DNA from: Legionellales bacterium
Lineage (GTDB): Bacteria; Pseudomonadota; Gammaproteobacteria; UBA1113
NCBI GenBank assembly: GCA_002709565.1
Contig: PAPY01000032.1
Location: forward strand, 20,465-84,464
Reading direction: 5' to 3'
DNA: 64,000 nt
Shown here piece after piece: positions 1-9,116 of this stretch (positions are counted from its first letter, which is position 1; each line of letters starts with the position of its first letter). The position numbers and the translations under genes were made by a program. The notes beneath the pieces were generated by a model. The model was not told where the DNA came from. It saw nothing but the letters and a program-made list of their open reading frames with translations, and searched no databases.

Positions 1-2985
1 GAGTTTTTCAAGTAAAGTTAATCCATCCATGCCTGGCAAGCCTAAATCGAGGAATATACCATCTGGCTTATATTGCTGAGCCAGAACTAAACCGGATTCA
101 CCATCGGGGGCATGCAAACACTTAAAGCCTTTTTTGCGGCATATACCCATAACGATTTTGGTGAATTGAAAGTCATCTTCTACCAGTAGTAAGACTTTGT
201 CTTGCGCTTGTAAAATATCGCGGTCATCAGGAACGCCGGGGTTAGTCTGATTGGTTGTTGCAGTTGCTGTTGGCTCGGCTGCAGACGAGGACAGGGCTGT
301 TTGAGCCGGGGGTGTGTCAGCACCAGGTATGGCTTGATTAGGTTCAGCTGTGGACGTTTGTGCTGTCGTAATTCCACCGTGTTCAGGCCGTTCAGAGACA
401 GAAACTTGGGCTTTGATTTTGCTATCACTCACGGTCTCTGGGGTACTCTCATAGGGGAGGTAGAGGATAAAAGAACTACCTTTGCCTTCTTCACTCTCGA
501 CATCGACTTCACCGCCTAATAAATTTGCTAATTGCACACAGATAGACAAACCAAGACCCGTGCCACCGTATTTACGACTGGTGGTGCCATCTGCTTGCTG
601 GAATGACTCAAAAACCAGTTTTTGTTTATCCGGTGGGATCCCAATGCCGGTATCTTTAACTATAAAGGCAATCGTATTATCTTTGGTTAAATACTTGCGC
701 TGATACTCTCTGTCGGCTGGGGGGTGCTTAATAGAGAAGCGCACTTCGCCTTGTTCAGTAAATTTAATGGCATTGGACATTAAGTTACGGATAATTTGCG
801 AGACCCGGTGATCATCTGTGAAAATGATCTCGGGCAAACCTTCTTCAATCTCAGTGACTAAGCCGATGCCTTTGCCTTCAGTTACATGACTGAAGTCACG
901 CTCGACGGTTTCGATGAAGTCTTGTAATTTAGCATTAGAGAGATTAATTTCAAGCTTACCGGCCTCAACTTTAGCTAAGTCTAAAATATCATTAATTAAG
1001 GTCAGAAGATCCTGACCACTTTTATGCATGATTTGTGCGGATTCAATTTGATCTTGACTAAGGTTACCATCAGTATTATCAGCAAATAGCTTAGCAAGGA
1101 TCAACAAACTGTTGAGTGGGGTGCGTAATTCATGGGACATATTAGCGAGGAATTCTGATTTGTATTGACTGGTTCGTTCCAATTCTTCGGCTTTTATCTT
1201 CAGTTGCTCACTGGTTTCGCGGATGGCCATATTCTTCTGTTCAATTTCGGCTTTTTGTTGTTCCAACTCTTTGGTACGCTCACCTAGTTTTTTGTTGATG
1301 GCTTGTTGCTGTTCATCTTTGAGCTTGAGCTCTTCTTCAGAGGCTTTCAGCACTTGGGTTTGCTGCTCTAATTCTTCATTTGCAGAGCGTAATTCTTCTT
1401 GTTGGACTTGCAATTTTTCGGCTAAGGTTTTTGACTCCTCTAGTAAGCGCATAGTAAGCGCTTGTTGCTGTGCTTGTAGTATATTACTGGCGAGCATTGG
1501 CGATACTTCTTCGATATATTTGATGCGTAATTCATTGATAACATCATGAGTCGCTATCTCTACCACAGCCATGAGGCGGTCTTCGTGCAGCACTGGGAAG
1601 GTATAGATATTTTGCGGGGGCATTTCAGAGGTGCCAGTACTAATAACGCATTCTTCACGGGTAATGTTCTTTAATAGAATCGGTTGCTGCTCAGCAGCCA
1701 CTTGTCCAACCACACCTTCGCCGATTTTGATGCTGTTCGCAACAGCATCTCGTTCTTTGTAAGCATGGGAACCCATTAGTTTTAATAGATTATTTTCTTC
1801 GTCAAAGACATAAATAACCCCCATACCAGCGCCAAGGTAGCGGGCAATAGTACTGATAGAGATGTCACAAAGTTTACGCAGATCATGGGCGTCACTTAAC
1901 ACGGCTGCGAGTTTGGCTACACCATCTTTGAGCCAAGACTCGCGGTCACTGCGGATCTTATTATCATGCAGGGTTTTGGTCATATTCATGAGTGACATAG
2001 CCAAGGTATCTTGTTCGGAGCGGGGTTTGATTTCGTTGTTAAAATCACCTTCAGAAATAGCGTTGGCTTGATTAACGATTTGGGTAAAATTATCCAACAT
2101 CTGATTAACCGTAATAGCCAAGCGGTCATCGATACTTTTGACTTTGACCCGGTGACTATAATCACCGACCGCCATTCTTTCGGTGACTTGGCTTAGGCTT
2201 TGTAGCGTTCTTACCATGTCATTAAAATTATCGCTTAATTCTTCAAATTCTTTACAACCAGTAATATGGATCTTTTGGTCTAAATTACCTTGCGCTAGGC
2301 TCTTTGCCTTCTGGACGATTTCATAAATTGGCTGAGTGATAGATTTGGTAAGCATTACACCGAGTATACCGCATAATAATAATCCCAGGATTAAAAGGCT
2401 CCAATCTGTGACTAATAAATAATCGATTTGACTTTGTACTTCTTGGAGCCCGCCAACAACAAATGTTTGCTGATTTAGCATAAGTTGTCGTAATGATAAC
2501 TTTATTTGTTCACTCGTTTTAACTGCTTGGTTTATTAGTACATCTGTCGCAGATGAGATATTTTGCTCAGTTCCCAATTGATGAATTTGATTAAACTTTC
2601 GTTGTAGATCTTCTATATCTGTGCTGATAGTTTCAATACGTTGAGCAGCAACACGCTCTGGTTGCTCAATGCTCATTGCTCGCAGGGAAGAAAGTGCAGT
2701 CTGGACATTGTTATTCCACTGTTGTTGCCTCTCTACGTAGAATTGTTTATTTCCAGTTAAGAGCCAGTCGCGCTGTGCTGCTAGGCTGGCATCTATACCC
2801 TTGATGAGTTTCATTGATGCTTGAGTTACCGGTGTAGGATCTTTAACAAGACTCGTGGTTATTCTTTCAATTTTTTGGATATTCCAGATGGTGAAGAGCA
2901 CTGCACCAATAAGGACGAGACCTACTAAGCCAAATCCTAAGCCGACTTTCACCGCCAGGCTATTTTCTCGACGTCGTAATCCCAT
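1..2985 (-). CDS. Hybrid sensor histidine kinase (TM-HAMP-GAF-coiled coil-HisKA-HATPase_c-REC); C-terminal receiver runs off the window start
   Basis: Reverse-strand translation is continuous from ATG (rc of 2983-2985) preceded by SD AGGAG; H-box 'SHELRTPLN', G-box 'GGTGLGLSI', GAF-like segment, long Q/E-rich coiled coil, then 'DDFQFTK...DLGLPGMDG' receiver start; not in ORF track because no stop inside window. Confidence 0.8.
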   Translation of the reverse strand, partial: MGLRRRENSLAVKVGLGFGLVGLVLIGAVLFTIWNIQKIERITTSLVKDPTPVTQASMKLIKGIDASLAAQRDWLLTGNKQFYVERQQQWNNNVQTALSSLRAMSIEQPERVAAQRIETISTDIEDLQRKFNQIHQLGTEQNISSATDVLINQAVKTSEQIKLSLRQLMLNQQTFVVGGLQEVQSQIDYLLVTDWSLLILGLLLCGILGVMLTKSITQPIYEIVQKAKSLAQGNLDQKIHITGCKEFEELSDNFNDMVRTLQSLSQVTERMAVGDYSHRVKVKSIDDRLAITVNQMLDNFTQIVNQANAISEGDFNNEIKPRSEQDTLAMSLMNMTKTLHDNKIRSDRESWLKDGVAKLAAVLSDAHDLRKLCDISISTIARYLGAGMGVIYVFDEENNLLKLMGSHAYKERDAVANSIKIGEGVVGQVAAEQQPILLKNITREECVISTGTSEMPPQNIYTFPVLHEDRLMAVVEIATHDVINELRIKYIEEVSPMLASNILQAQQQALTMRLLEESKTLAEKLQVQQEELRSANEELEQQTQVLKASEEELKLKDEQQQAINKKLGERTKELEQQKAEIEQKNMAIRETSEQLKIKAEELERTSQYKSEFLANMSHELRTPLNSLLILAKLFADNTDGNLSQDQIESAQIMHKSGQDLLTLINDILDLAKVEAGKLEINLSNAKLQDFIETVERDFSHVTEGKGIGLVTEIEEGLPEIIFTDDHRVSQIIRNLMSNAIKFTEQGEVRFSIKHPPADREYQRKYLTKDNTIAFIVKDTGIGIPPDKQKLVFESFQQADGTTSRKYGGTGLGLSICVQLANLLGGEVDVESEEGKGSSFILYLPYESTPETVSDSKIKAQVSVSERPEHGGITTAQTSTAEPNQAIPGADTPPAQTALSSSAAEPTATATTNQTNPGVPDDRDILQAQDKVLLLVEDDFQFTKIVMGICRKKGFKCLHAPDGESGLVLAQQYKPDGIFLDLGLPGMDGLTLLEKL

Positions 2986-3162
2986 ATCTGCTCCTGTTCT
3001 TGTTACTCCACCGGCTGTCACTATGGGCAGGGCGGCGATTTCTGTCTATTAACTTATCATACTAAAAAAAAGTATAGCTAAACTATTGAGAAATTTGCGT
3101 TTTGTCCGTGCATTTTGTAATAATTAGTCTTTCGAGGACTGATCTAACGTTAAGGAGAGGAT

Positions 3163-3351
3163 ATGATTGGAAAAGTTTTTGTCATTATTGTTCTTATTGT
3201 GGCCATATTGGTGGGTATTCTTGGGGTTGCGCTACCTAGCAACCGTCTTGCAGACTATATCCTAATTGTTAAATTCTTTGATGGAATGCTGCCTATTTTA
3301 GGTGTTGGTGCATTGATTAAATATCTTTGCTCAAATCATCCTTTCAAATAA
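3163..3351 (+). CDS. Small (62 aa) two-helix membrane protein, unknown function
   Basis: Strong SD 'AAGGAGAGG' 5 nt upstream of ATG; hydrophobic 'VFVIIVLIVAILVGILGVALP'; immediately followed by perfect rho-independent terminator. Confidence 0.5.
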   Translation: MIGKVFVIIVLIVAILVGILGVALPSNRLADYILIVKFFDGMLPILGVGALIKYLCSNHPFK

Positions 3352-3360
3352 TTTCTTAGA

Positions 3361-3384
3361 AGCGCCCTTCGGGGCGCTTTTTCT
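3361..3384 (+). terminator. Rho-independent terminator (gcgccc-ttcg-gggcgc + T5)
   Basis: GC hairpin followed by ttttt directly after the small ORF. Confidence 0.7.
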
Positions 3385-3497
3385 TTATGTCTAGTGAACC
3401 ATGTCAACAATTAGTTGAAGAGCTACGCCTTGAAGGCGTTATCTTTGTGCCGATGTTGCCGGGCACCAACGGGGAGTCTTAAGGCCACCGCTATAAA

Positions 3498-4265
3498 TTA
3501 GCGATTTGAATGCTCTTTCGCAGCCTGCCACAGTGTTTCCATATCTTCGAGGCTGGTGCTATGAATGTCTTTGTCGGCGTCTTTTAACGAGTCTTCAATA
3601 TAGCGGAAGCGCTTAATGAATTTTTGATTGCTGCGTTGTAATGCACGTTCTGCATCAATATTCAAATGCCGGGCGATGTTGACGCAAGTAAACAATAAAT
3701 CACCCACTTCGTCTTCGATACGGTCACGTTCGCTACCGTTATCCAGCTCGTGTTGCAGTTCAGTAATTTCTTCTTGTAATTTTGCAAAGATAGGTTCGAT
3801 GGTGGGCCATTCAAAACCAACAGTAGCAACGCGGCGTTGAATTTTTTCAGCGCGTACGAGAGCTGGGAGTGCTTTGGGTAAATCTGCGACGACACTGTCT
3901 TTGGCGGCCAGCGCCTTGGTCTTGGCAGTTTCCCAGAGTTTAACCACTTCTTCTGCGGTAGTGATTTTGCTGAAATCTGGATTGCGGTCGCGATTTTTGG
4001 CTAGCAGACTCTCTACAATATCAGCAAAGTCAAAATCCCCCGCTTCCCGTGCCATCTCACAGTAAAAAACAATTTGATAGAGCAAATCACCCAGTTCTTT
4101 TTGGAGTTCGGGCATATTATTTTCTTCAATGGCAGCCGCGACTTCATAGGCTTCCTCAATGGTATAGGGAATAATGGACTTAAAATCTTGTTCCCGGGTC
4201 CAATGGCACTGTTCCCGTAGCTCTGTCATTAAGTCCAATAAATCTTGCATGGGGTGTTGTTTCAT
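3498..4265 (-). CDS. mazG: Nucleoside triphosphate pyrophosphohydrolase MazG
   Basis: Two MazG repeats with EEAYE / ELGDLL motifs; start ATG overlaps relA stop (TGATG); conserved relA-mazG synteny. Confidence 0.85.
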   Translation of the reverse strand: MKQHPMQDLLDLMTELREQCHWTREQDFKSIIPYTIEEAYEVAAAIEENNMPELQKELGDLLYQIVFYCEMAREAGDFDFADIVESLLAKNRDRNPDFSKITTAEEVVKLWETAKTKALAAKDSVVADLPKALPALVRAEKIQRRVATVGFEWPTIEPIFAKLQEEITELQHELDNGSERDRIEDEVGDLLFTCVNIARHLNIDAERALQRSNQKFIKRFRYIEDSLKDADKDIHSTSLEDMETLWQAAKEHSNR

Positions 4266-6502
4266 CAGTGATTTCCTTGGGGGGCTAAACGTTTTACCTC
4301 AATCATATCAGGCAAACCCTTCAAGCGATCAACCACATTATCCAATACTTCAATATTGGCAATTTCGAGAGTGACATTGATAAGGGCGGTATTGTCTCGT
4401 TGCTGGGTCGAGGTACCGAAATCCAAAATGGTTACTTTCTCGTTAGCCAGTATGGTGGTGACATCTTTGATAAGACCAGGCCGGTCGCGGGCGATGATAC
4501 TCAAATCCACGGGATAAGCATTATGGGTATCTTGGCTCCAGTCTACTTCAATTAAACGCTCGCCAATATCCGGATTCATCATGTTGCTACAGTCTTTGCG
4601 GTGAATGGCAATGCCCCGACCACGGGTAATGAAGCCTACGATGGGATCCCCTGGCAAGGGTTTGCAGCAACGGGCCGTGTACGTCAGAATGTCGCCAACT
4701 CCTTGGATGCTGATATCATCTTTCGCAATTTTTGTGGAGGCTTTAGAGCGATGTACTACAGCTGCAGGTGGTTGTTCTTCGGGTTTGCTTAACCCCTCAG
4801 CGTCTTCAATAGCATTGACCAGGTGGCCAATTTTAAGATCGCCACGACCAAGGGCAGCTAATACGTCATTTTTGTTTTTGACATTGAATTTAGGTGCGAG
4901 TTTATCGAGATGGGGATGGGGTGTGCCCAGGCGTTTTAATTCAGGTTCAAGTAGCTTTTCGCCTTCGATGACAAATTTATCGTAATCCATTTGTTTGAGG
5001 TATTGTTGGATCTTTTGTCGAGCGCGAGTCGTGGCAATATAACCCGAGTGAGGATTCAACCAGTCACGGCTAGGTTTAGGTTGCTTACCGGTTAAGATCT
5101 CAACCCGTTCGCCGGTTTGCAGCGCATAGGTAAGAGGTACGATTTTGCCATTGATTTTGGCGCCACGGCAACGGTGCCCCACTTGGGAATGAATATGATA
5201 AGCAAAATCTAACGGTGTCGCACCAGTGGGCAAATCCAAAATTTCGCCCGCTGGGGTAAAGACATACACGCGGTCTGCAAAAATTTGCTGATGTTCGATA
5301 TTTTTATCCTGCAACGTTTCGTCTTCATGAGCGATTTCCCGTTGCCAATCCAATACTTGTCGCAGCCAGGCGATTTTTTCTTCGTAGTTGCCTTGGCTAC
5401 CGCCGCCTTCTTTGTATTTCCAGTGAGCAGCTACACCCAGTTCAGATTCTTCATGCATCTCAAAAGTACGAATTTGGACTTCAATGTTTTTGTTATTCGG
5501 GCCGATAACGGCTGTATGCAAGGAACGATAACCGTTAGGCTTGGGGTTACTGATATAGTCATCAAATTCTTCGGGAATTTGTTCCCATAGATCGTGCACA
5601 CACCCAAGCACGGCATAACAATCTTCAACACTCTCAACAAACACTCTAACGGCGGTGACATCGTAGATTTGACTATAGTCCACGCCTTTGCGCTTCATCT
5701 TGCGATAAATACTGTAGATGTGTTTGGCGCGACCTTTGACATCGGAGTTCTTGATGCCAAGTTGTTGTAAATTGTCTTTTAAGATCCCAACGATGTCGAC
5801 AATATAGTTTTCCCTATCAATGCGCCGCTCATCCAAGAGTTTAGCCAATTGTTTGTATTCATCGGCTTGCAAATAGCGGAATGCTAAATCCTCAAGCTCC
5901 CATTTAATGTGACCAATGCCTAAGCGATTGGCTAGGGGGGCGTAAATAGCACGAATTTCTTGGGCGATGGCGATTTGTTTCTCCGGTGCTATCTTGCTCG
6001 CGGTGCGGATTTGGCAAGTACGTTGGGCAAGCTTGATAAGTACCACGCGAATGTCTTCTACCATGGCCAATAGCATTTTGCGCAGGTTGTCGACGTGGGT
6101 TTCGGCTTTTTGGGTTGATGTCTGAATACCGGGCAAATATTTAATGGCGTCCATTTGCATGGCACCGGTTATCAGTTGGCAAATATTTTCGTTGAGGCTT
6201 TCACCCACGTCATCTAACTTCAAATCAGAATAAACCACTGTGGTGTAAAGCATGGCGGCTGCTTGAGTTTCTTGATCCACGTTCAACTCCACCAACAAAT
6301 CCACCATGTCGATGCCTTGCTCGACACAGGATTGACCGGCGGGGCTTGTGTGTTTGGCGCCATAGGTTTGGGCAAGCTCACAGGCTTTTTTGAGTAAATG
6401 GGTATCGCTTAAGTCCCACTGTTTAGCTAAGTCTGCCAGCCAAGCATCAGTATCGATGTGGCCATCGGGCAGGGCGTAGGAGGTATCTTTAATCTTTACC
6501 AT
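4265..6502 (-). CDS. relA: GTP pyrophosphokinase ((p)ppGpp synthetase I) RelA; ORF-track start 6574 probably too long, true start 'MVKIKDTSYALPDG'
   Basis: Synthetase domain 'RVKGRAKHIYSIYRKM', TGS and ACT C-terminal domains; degenerate HD region (no HD dyad) so RelA rather than SpoT; between rlmD and mazG as in E. coli. Confidence 0.85.
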   Translation of the reverse strand: MVKIKDTSYALPDGHIDTDAWLADLAKQWDLSDTHLLKKACELAQTYGAKHTSPAGQSCVEQGIDMVDLLVELNVDQETQAAAMLYTTVVYSDLKLDDVGESLNENICQLITGAMQMDAIKYLPGIQTSTQKAETHVDNLRKMLLAMVEDIRVVLIKLAQRTCQIRTASKIAPEKQIAIAQEIRAIYAPLANRLGIGHIKWELEDLAFRYLQADEYKQLAKLLDERRIDRENYIVDIVGILKDNLQQLGIKNSDVKGRAKHIYSIYRKMKRKGVDYSQIYDVTAVRVFVESVEDCYAVLGCVHDLWEQIPEEFDDYISNPKPNGYRSLHTAVIGPNNKNIEVQIRTFEMHEESELGVAAHWKYKEGGGSQGNYEEKIAWLRQVLDWQREIAHEDETLQDKNIEHQQIFADRVYVFTPAGEILDLPTGATPLDFAYHIHSQVGHRCRGAKINGKIVPLTYALQTGERVEILTGKQPKPSRDWLNPHSGYIATTRARQKIQQYLKQMDYDKFVIEGEKLLEPELKRLGTPHPHLDKLAPKFNVKNKNDVLAALGRGDLKIGHLVNAIEDAEGLSKPEEQPPAAVVHRSKASTKIAKDDISIQGVGDILTYTARCCKPLPGDPIVGFITRGRGIAIHRKDCSNMMNPDIGERLIEVDWSQDTHNAYPVDLSIIARDRPGLIKDVTTILANEKVTILDFGTSTQQRDNTALINVTLEIANIEVLDNVVDRLKGLPDMIEVKRLAPQGNH

Positions 6503-7847
6503 TGTGTGCTCTTGTAAATAGGGCGATGGATTCCACGTGACTGGTATGAGGGAACATATCCATAATACCAGCACTCACGAGTTGATAACCTTGTTCATTC
6601 ACCAAAATCCCCGCATCCCGGGCAAGCGTGGCGGGGTTACATGATACATAGACAATCCTATTGGGGTTTAGTTTCGGTAATTGACGAATTAATACTTCAG
6701 CCCCACTTCTGGGGGGATCAATCAAGACTTTGTCATAGGATAGTTGCATCCAGGGGTGACTCAAGCAGTCTTCAGCTAAGTTAGCAGCGTAGAATAAAGT
6801 ATTGTTGAGCTTATTCAAGCGGGCATTTTCTTGCGCTCGCTCAACCATGGCGGTTTCACCTTCGACCCCGACGACGTGTTTTGCTCGCTTCGCAATCGGG
6901 ATAGAAAAATTCCCCAACCCGCAAAACAAATCCAACACCCGGTCTTCAGGGGAAAGTGCGAGTAACTCAATCGCCCGGGCTACCATTTGCTGGTTAATGT
7001 CCGTATTTACTTGAGTGAAATCGGTGGGATAGAATTGCAAGGTGACATTTTCGCTCGCTAAGTTAAGGCTTAAACGTTCATTGCCATCGGCGGGATAATG
7101 TTTGTGGATGGTTTTAGGTCCGCCGGGTTGAAAGTACAATTGCAAATGGTGTTGTTCAGCAAAAGCTGTAATAGCCGTCAAATCCTCATCACTAAAAGGC
7201 TCAAGATGGCGCATGATGAGCGCTGTTTCACTGTCATCCATGGCAACTTCGATTTGTGGCAACTGCTCTTTGATACTGAGGCCGATGATGAGTTCACTCA
7301 ACGGTGTAATTAAGTCAGCCATGGGTTTAGCCAAGATAGGGCAGCTGTCGATATCCGCTAAGTAGCGGCCATTACGCTCACGAAAGCCAACCAGGACTTT
7401 GTCTTTTTTGCCCACATAGCGCACGCCAAGCCGTGCTTTGTGACGGTAGTTTTGGGTGGGGCCTGTTAGCGGTGGCAAAATCGTCTGGGGTACGACATTA
7501 CCAAAATGCTGCAAATGCTCGAGCAAGGTCTTTTGTTTATGATCAATTTGCGCGGGATGGGCCAAGTGTTGCAGGCTACAGCCGCCACACATTCCGTAAT
7601 GCTGACAAGGCGGGCTCACGCGGTCAGGGGAGGGGTTGGTTATCTCAAGTGCTTCACCCTCAGCATGACTGCTTTTGCTAAAGGTGTATTTAAAACTCAC
7701 CTCTTCGCCAGGCAGGGCATTATGGATAAAGACGGTCTTACCATCCACTTGGGCAATACCACGACCCTCGTGGCTTAAGCCCGTGATAGTGGCAGTAACC
7801 GGATCTTTTGGTAGTGCTTTACGACGTCGTCTGGCCATAGTGTTCAA
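6489..7847 (-). CDS. rlmD: 23S rRNA (uracil1939-C5)-methyltransferase RlmD/RumA
   Basis: N-terminal TRAM, Fe-S cysteine cluster 'CQHYGMCGGCSLQH', SAM-MTase motifs 'LDLFCGLGNFS', catalytic 'DPPRSG'. Confidence 0.85.
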   Translation of the reverse strand: MNTMARRRRKALPKDPVTATITGLSHEGRGIAQVDGKTVFIHNALPGEEVSFKYTFSKSSHAEGEALEITNPSPDRVSPPCQHYGMCGGCSLQHLAHPAQIDHKQKTLLEHLQHFGNVVPQTILPPLTGPTQNYRHKARLGVRYVGKKDKVLVGFRERNGRYLADIDSCPILAKPMADLITPLSELIIGLSIKEQLPQIEVAMDDSETALIMRHLEPFSDEDLTAITAFAEQHHLQLYFQPGGPKTIHKHYPADGNERLSLNLASENVTLQFYPTDFTQVNTDINQQMVARAIELLALSPEDRVLDLFCGLGNFSIPIAKRAKHVVGVEGETAMVERAQENARLNKLNNTLFYAANLAEDCLSHPWMQLSYDKVLIDPPRSGAEVLIRQLPKLNPNRIVYVSCNPATLARDAGILVNEQGYQLVSAGIMDMFPHTSHVESIALFTRAHNGKD

Positions 7848-7880
7848 ATGTTAGCAAATTCGCGGCGCTATTTTAGCACT

Positions 7881-8702
7881 TTAACCGGCAGCCTGCCATT
7901 GCTGCAAAAACGCCTGCAAGTGCTCGGCTGCTTGGGTCTCGAGTGTGTCTTGCAGCAGTTGGCATTCATCCAGGTACTGGGATTCACTGATATGACCGCG
8001 GACCATCTCAAAGCGCAAATAGACGAGATAAGTATTTAACACATCGGTTTCGCAATAATTGCGAATGCCGGCCAAATCGCCGGCACAATAATTATCCCAG
8101 ACGTTGGCACCACTCATGCCCATTTTGCCGGGAAAGCCCAACATGGTGGCAATCTTGTCTAAGGGGGCATTGGCGCGGGCTTGAAAGCCGGCTAACACAT
8201 CCATCAAATCCGTATGGCGCTCATGATAGCGGTTGAGGTAATTGTTATAGCGAAATTGATTGTCATCAGCTCCGGTTTCCCAATAACGGGGGCCAGCAAC
8301 CCCATGAACGAGACTGCGATAATGAATGACGGGCAAATCAAAGCCCGAGCCATTCCAGGACACCAATGTCGGGGTAAACCGGGCAATGCCACTGTAGAAA
8401 CGCTCTAATAACTCTGCTTCATTAGCATCAAGGTCGCCCAGGGACCAGACTTTGACACTGTCACGGCTGCGCAACACCACGGAAATCGCCACGATTTGGT
8501 GCAGGTAATGGGGGAGGAAATCAGAACCGTCGGTTTCGGCTCGGCGTTTGGCAAACATGGCTTCAGCGACGGCTTGGTCATCCAAGTCCGTGAACTCGTG
8601 GAGTTTGCGTCCGGCATTCACATCGGGAATGGTTTCAATATCAAAAACAAAAATCGGATTCATGCTGGCTCCACTAAACATTGGGCATTGGGGATATGAC
8701 AT
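7881..8702 (-). CDS. Predicted 3'-5' exonuclease, PolB-exonuclease-like (RNase H-like fold, COG3298 type); real start probably 'MNPIFVFDIET'
   Basis: Exo motif I 'FVFDIETIPD', 'VSWNGSGFDLP', 'ETDVLNTY' DEDD-like motifs. Confidence 0.6.
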   Translation of the reverse strand: MSYPQCPMFSGASMNPIFVFDIETIPDVNAGRKLHEFTDLDDQAVAEAMFAKRRAETDGSDFLPHYLHQIVAISVVLRSRDSVKVWSLGDLDANEAELLERFYSGIARFTPTLVSWNGSGFDLPVIHYRSLVHGVAGPRYWETGADDNQFRYNNYLNRYHERHTDLMDVLAGFQARANAPLDKIATMLGFPGKMGMSGANVWDNYCAGDLAGIRNYCETDVLNTYLVYLRFEMVRGHISESQYLDECQLLQDTLETQAAEHLQAFLQQWQAAG

Positions 8703-9010
8703 TGTTGGGCATGGATAGTCTGGCCCTTCAAATTACGAAATTGTACATTACTGACGTAATTATGGCGCAGGTATAAGGTCATGTGACAATCCTCACTGGT
8801 GTAACGCAGATAGGGGTGGTTGTGTTTGCTGTGGCCTTGTTGCGAAGGCTCGCCTAAACAATGAAACACTTTGTGCTTACTGGTCGCAATCAAGGAAAAC
8901 TCATTGGGAACCGGTGGTGGTTTAGCGGTTTGGCTGCAGGCAACCAGTATGATGGCCATGCCCACGGCAAATGTTGTCCCTTTTTTTGACACCCTCACTG
9001 TCTCCCCCAC
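8660..9010 (-). CDS. Small putative lipoprotein (start likely internal, lipobox LVAC)
   Basis: 'MAIILVACSQTAKPPP' signal/lipobox; no family recognised. Confidence 0.35.
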   Translation of the reverse strand: MGETVRVSKKGTTFAVGMAIILVACSQTAKPPPVPNEFSLIATSKHKVFHCLGEPSQQGHSKHNHPYLRYTSEDCHMTLYLRHNYVSNVQFRNLKGQTIHAQQCHIPNAQCLVEPA

Positions 9011-9116
9011 AGCAAAAATCCATGGGCCATTCTAACCAGCCGCTGGTTTGGCTGCAACTCCAATCGCTCGACAGGTGAAATAGGAGGGAATATTTGCTAG
9101 GCTTGCCGCGCCTAAA

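Noticed and set aside
1223-2196. Several 60-110-aa plus-strand ORFs inside the first 3 kb
   Set aside because: They lie antisense within a continuous ~995-codon reverse-strand sensor kinase reading frame.
4265-4270. Looked for mazEF toxin-antitoxin between relA and mazG as in E. coli
   Set aside because: The relA stop and mazG start overlap (TGATG), so there is no room for mazEF. The locus is simply rlmD-relA-mazG.
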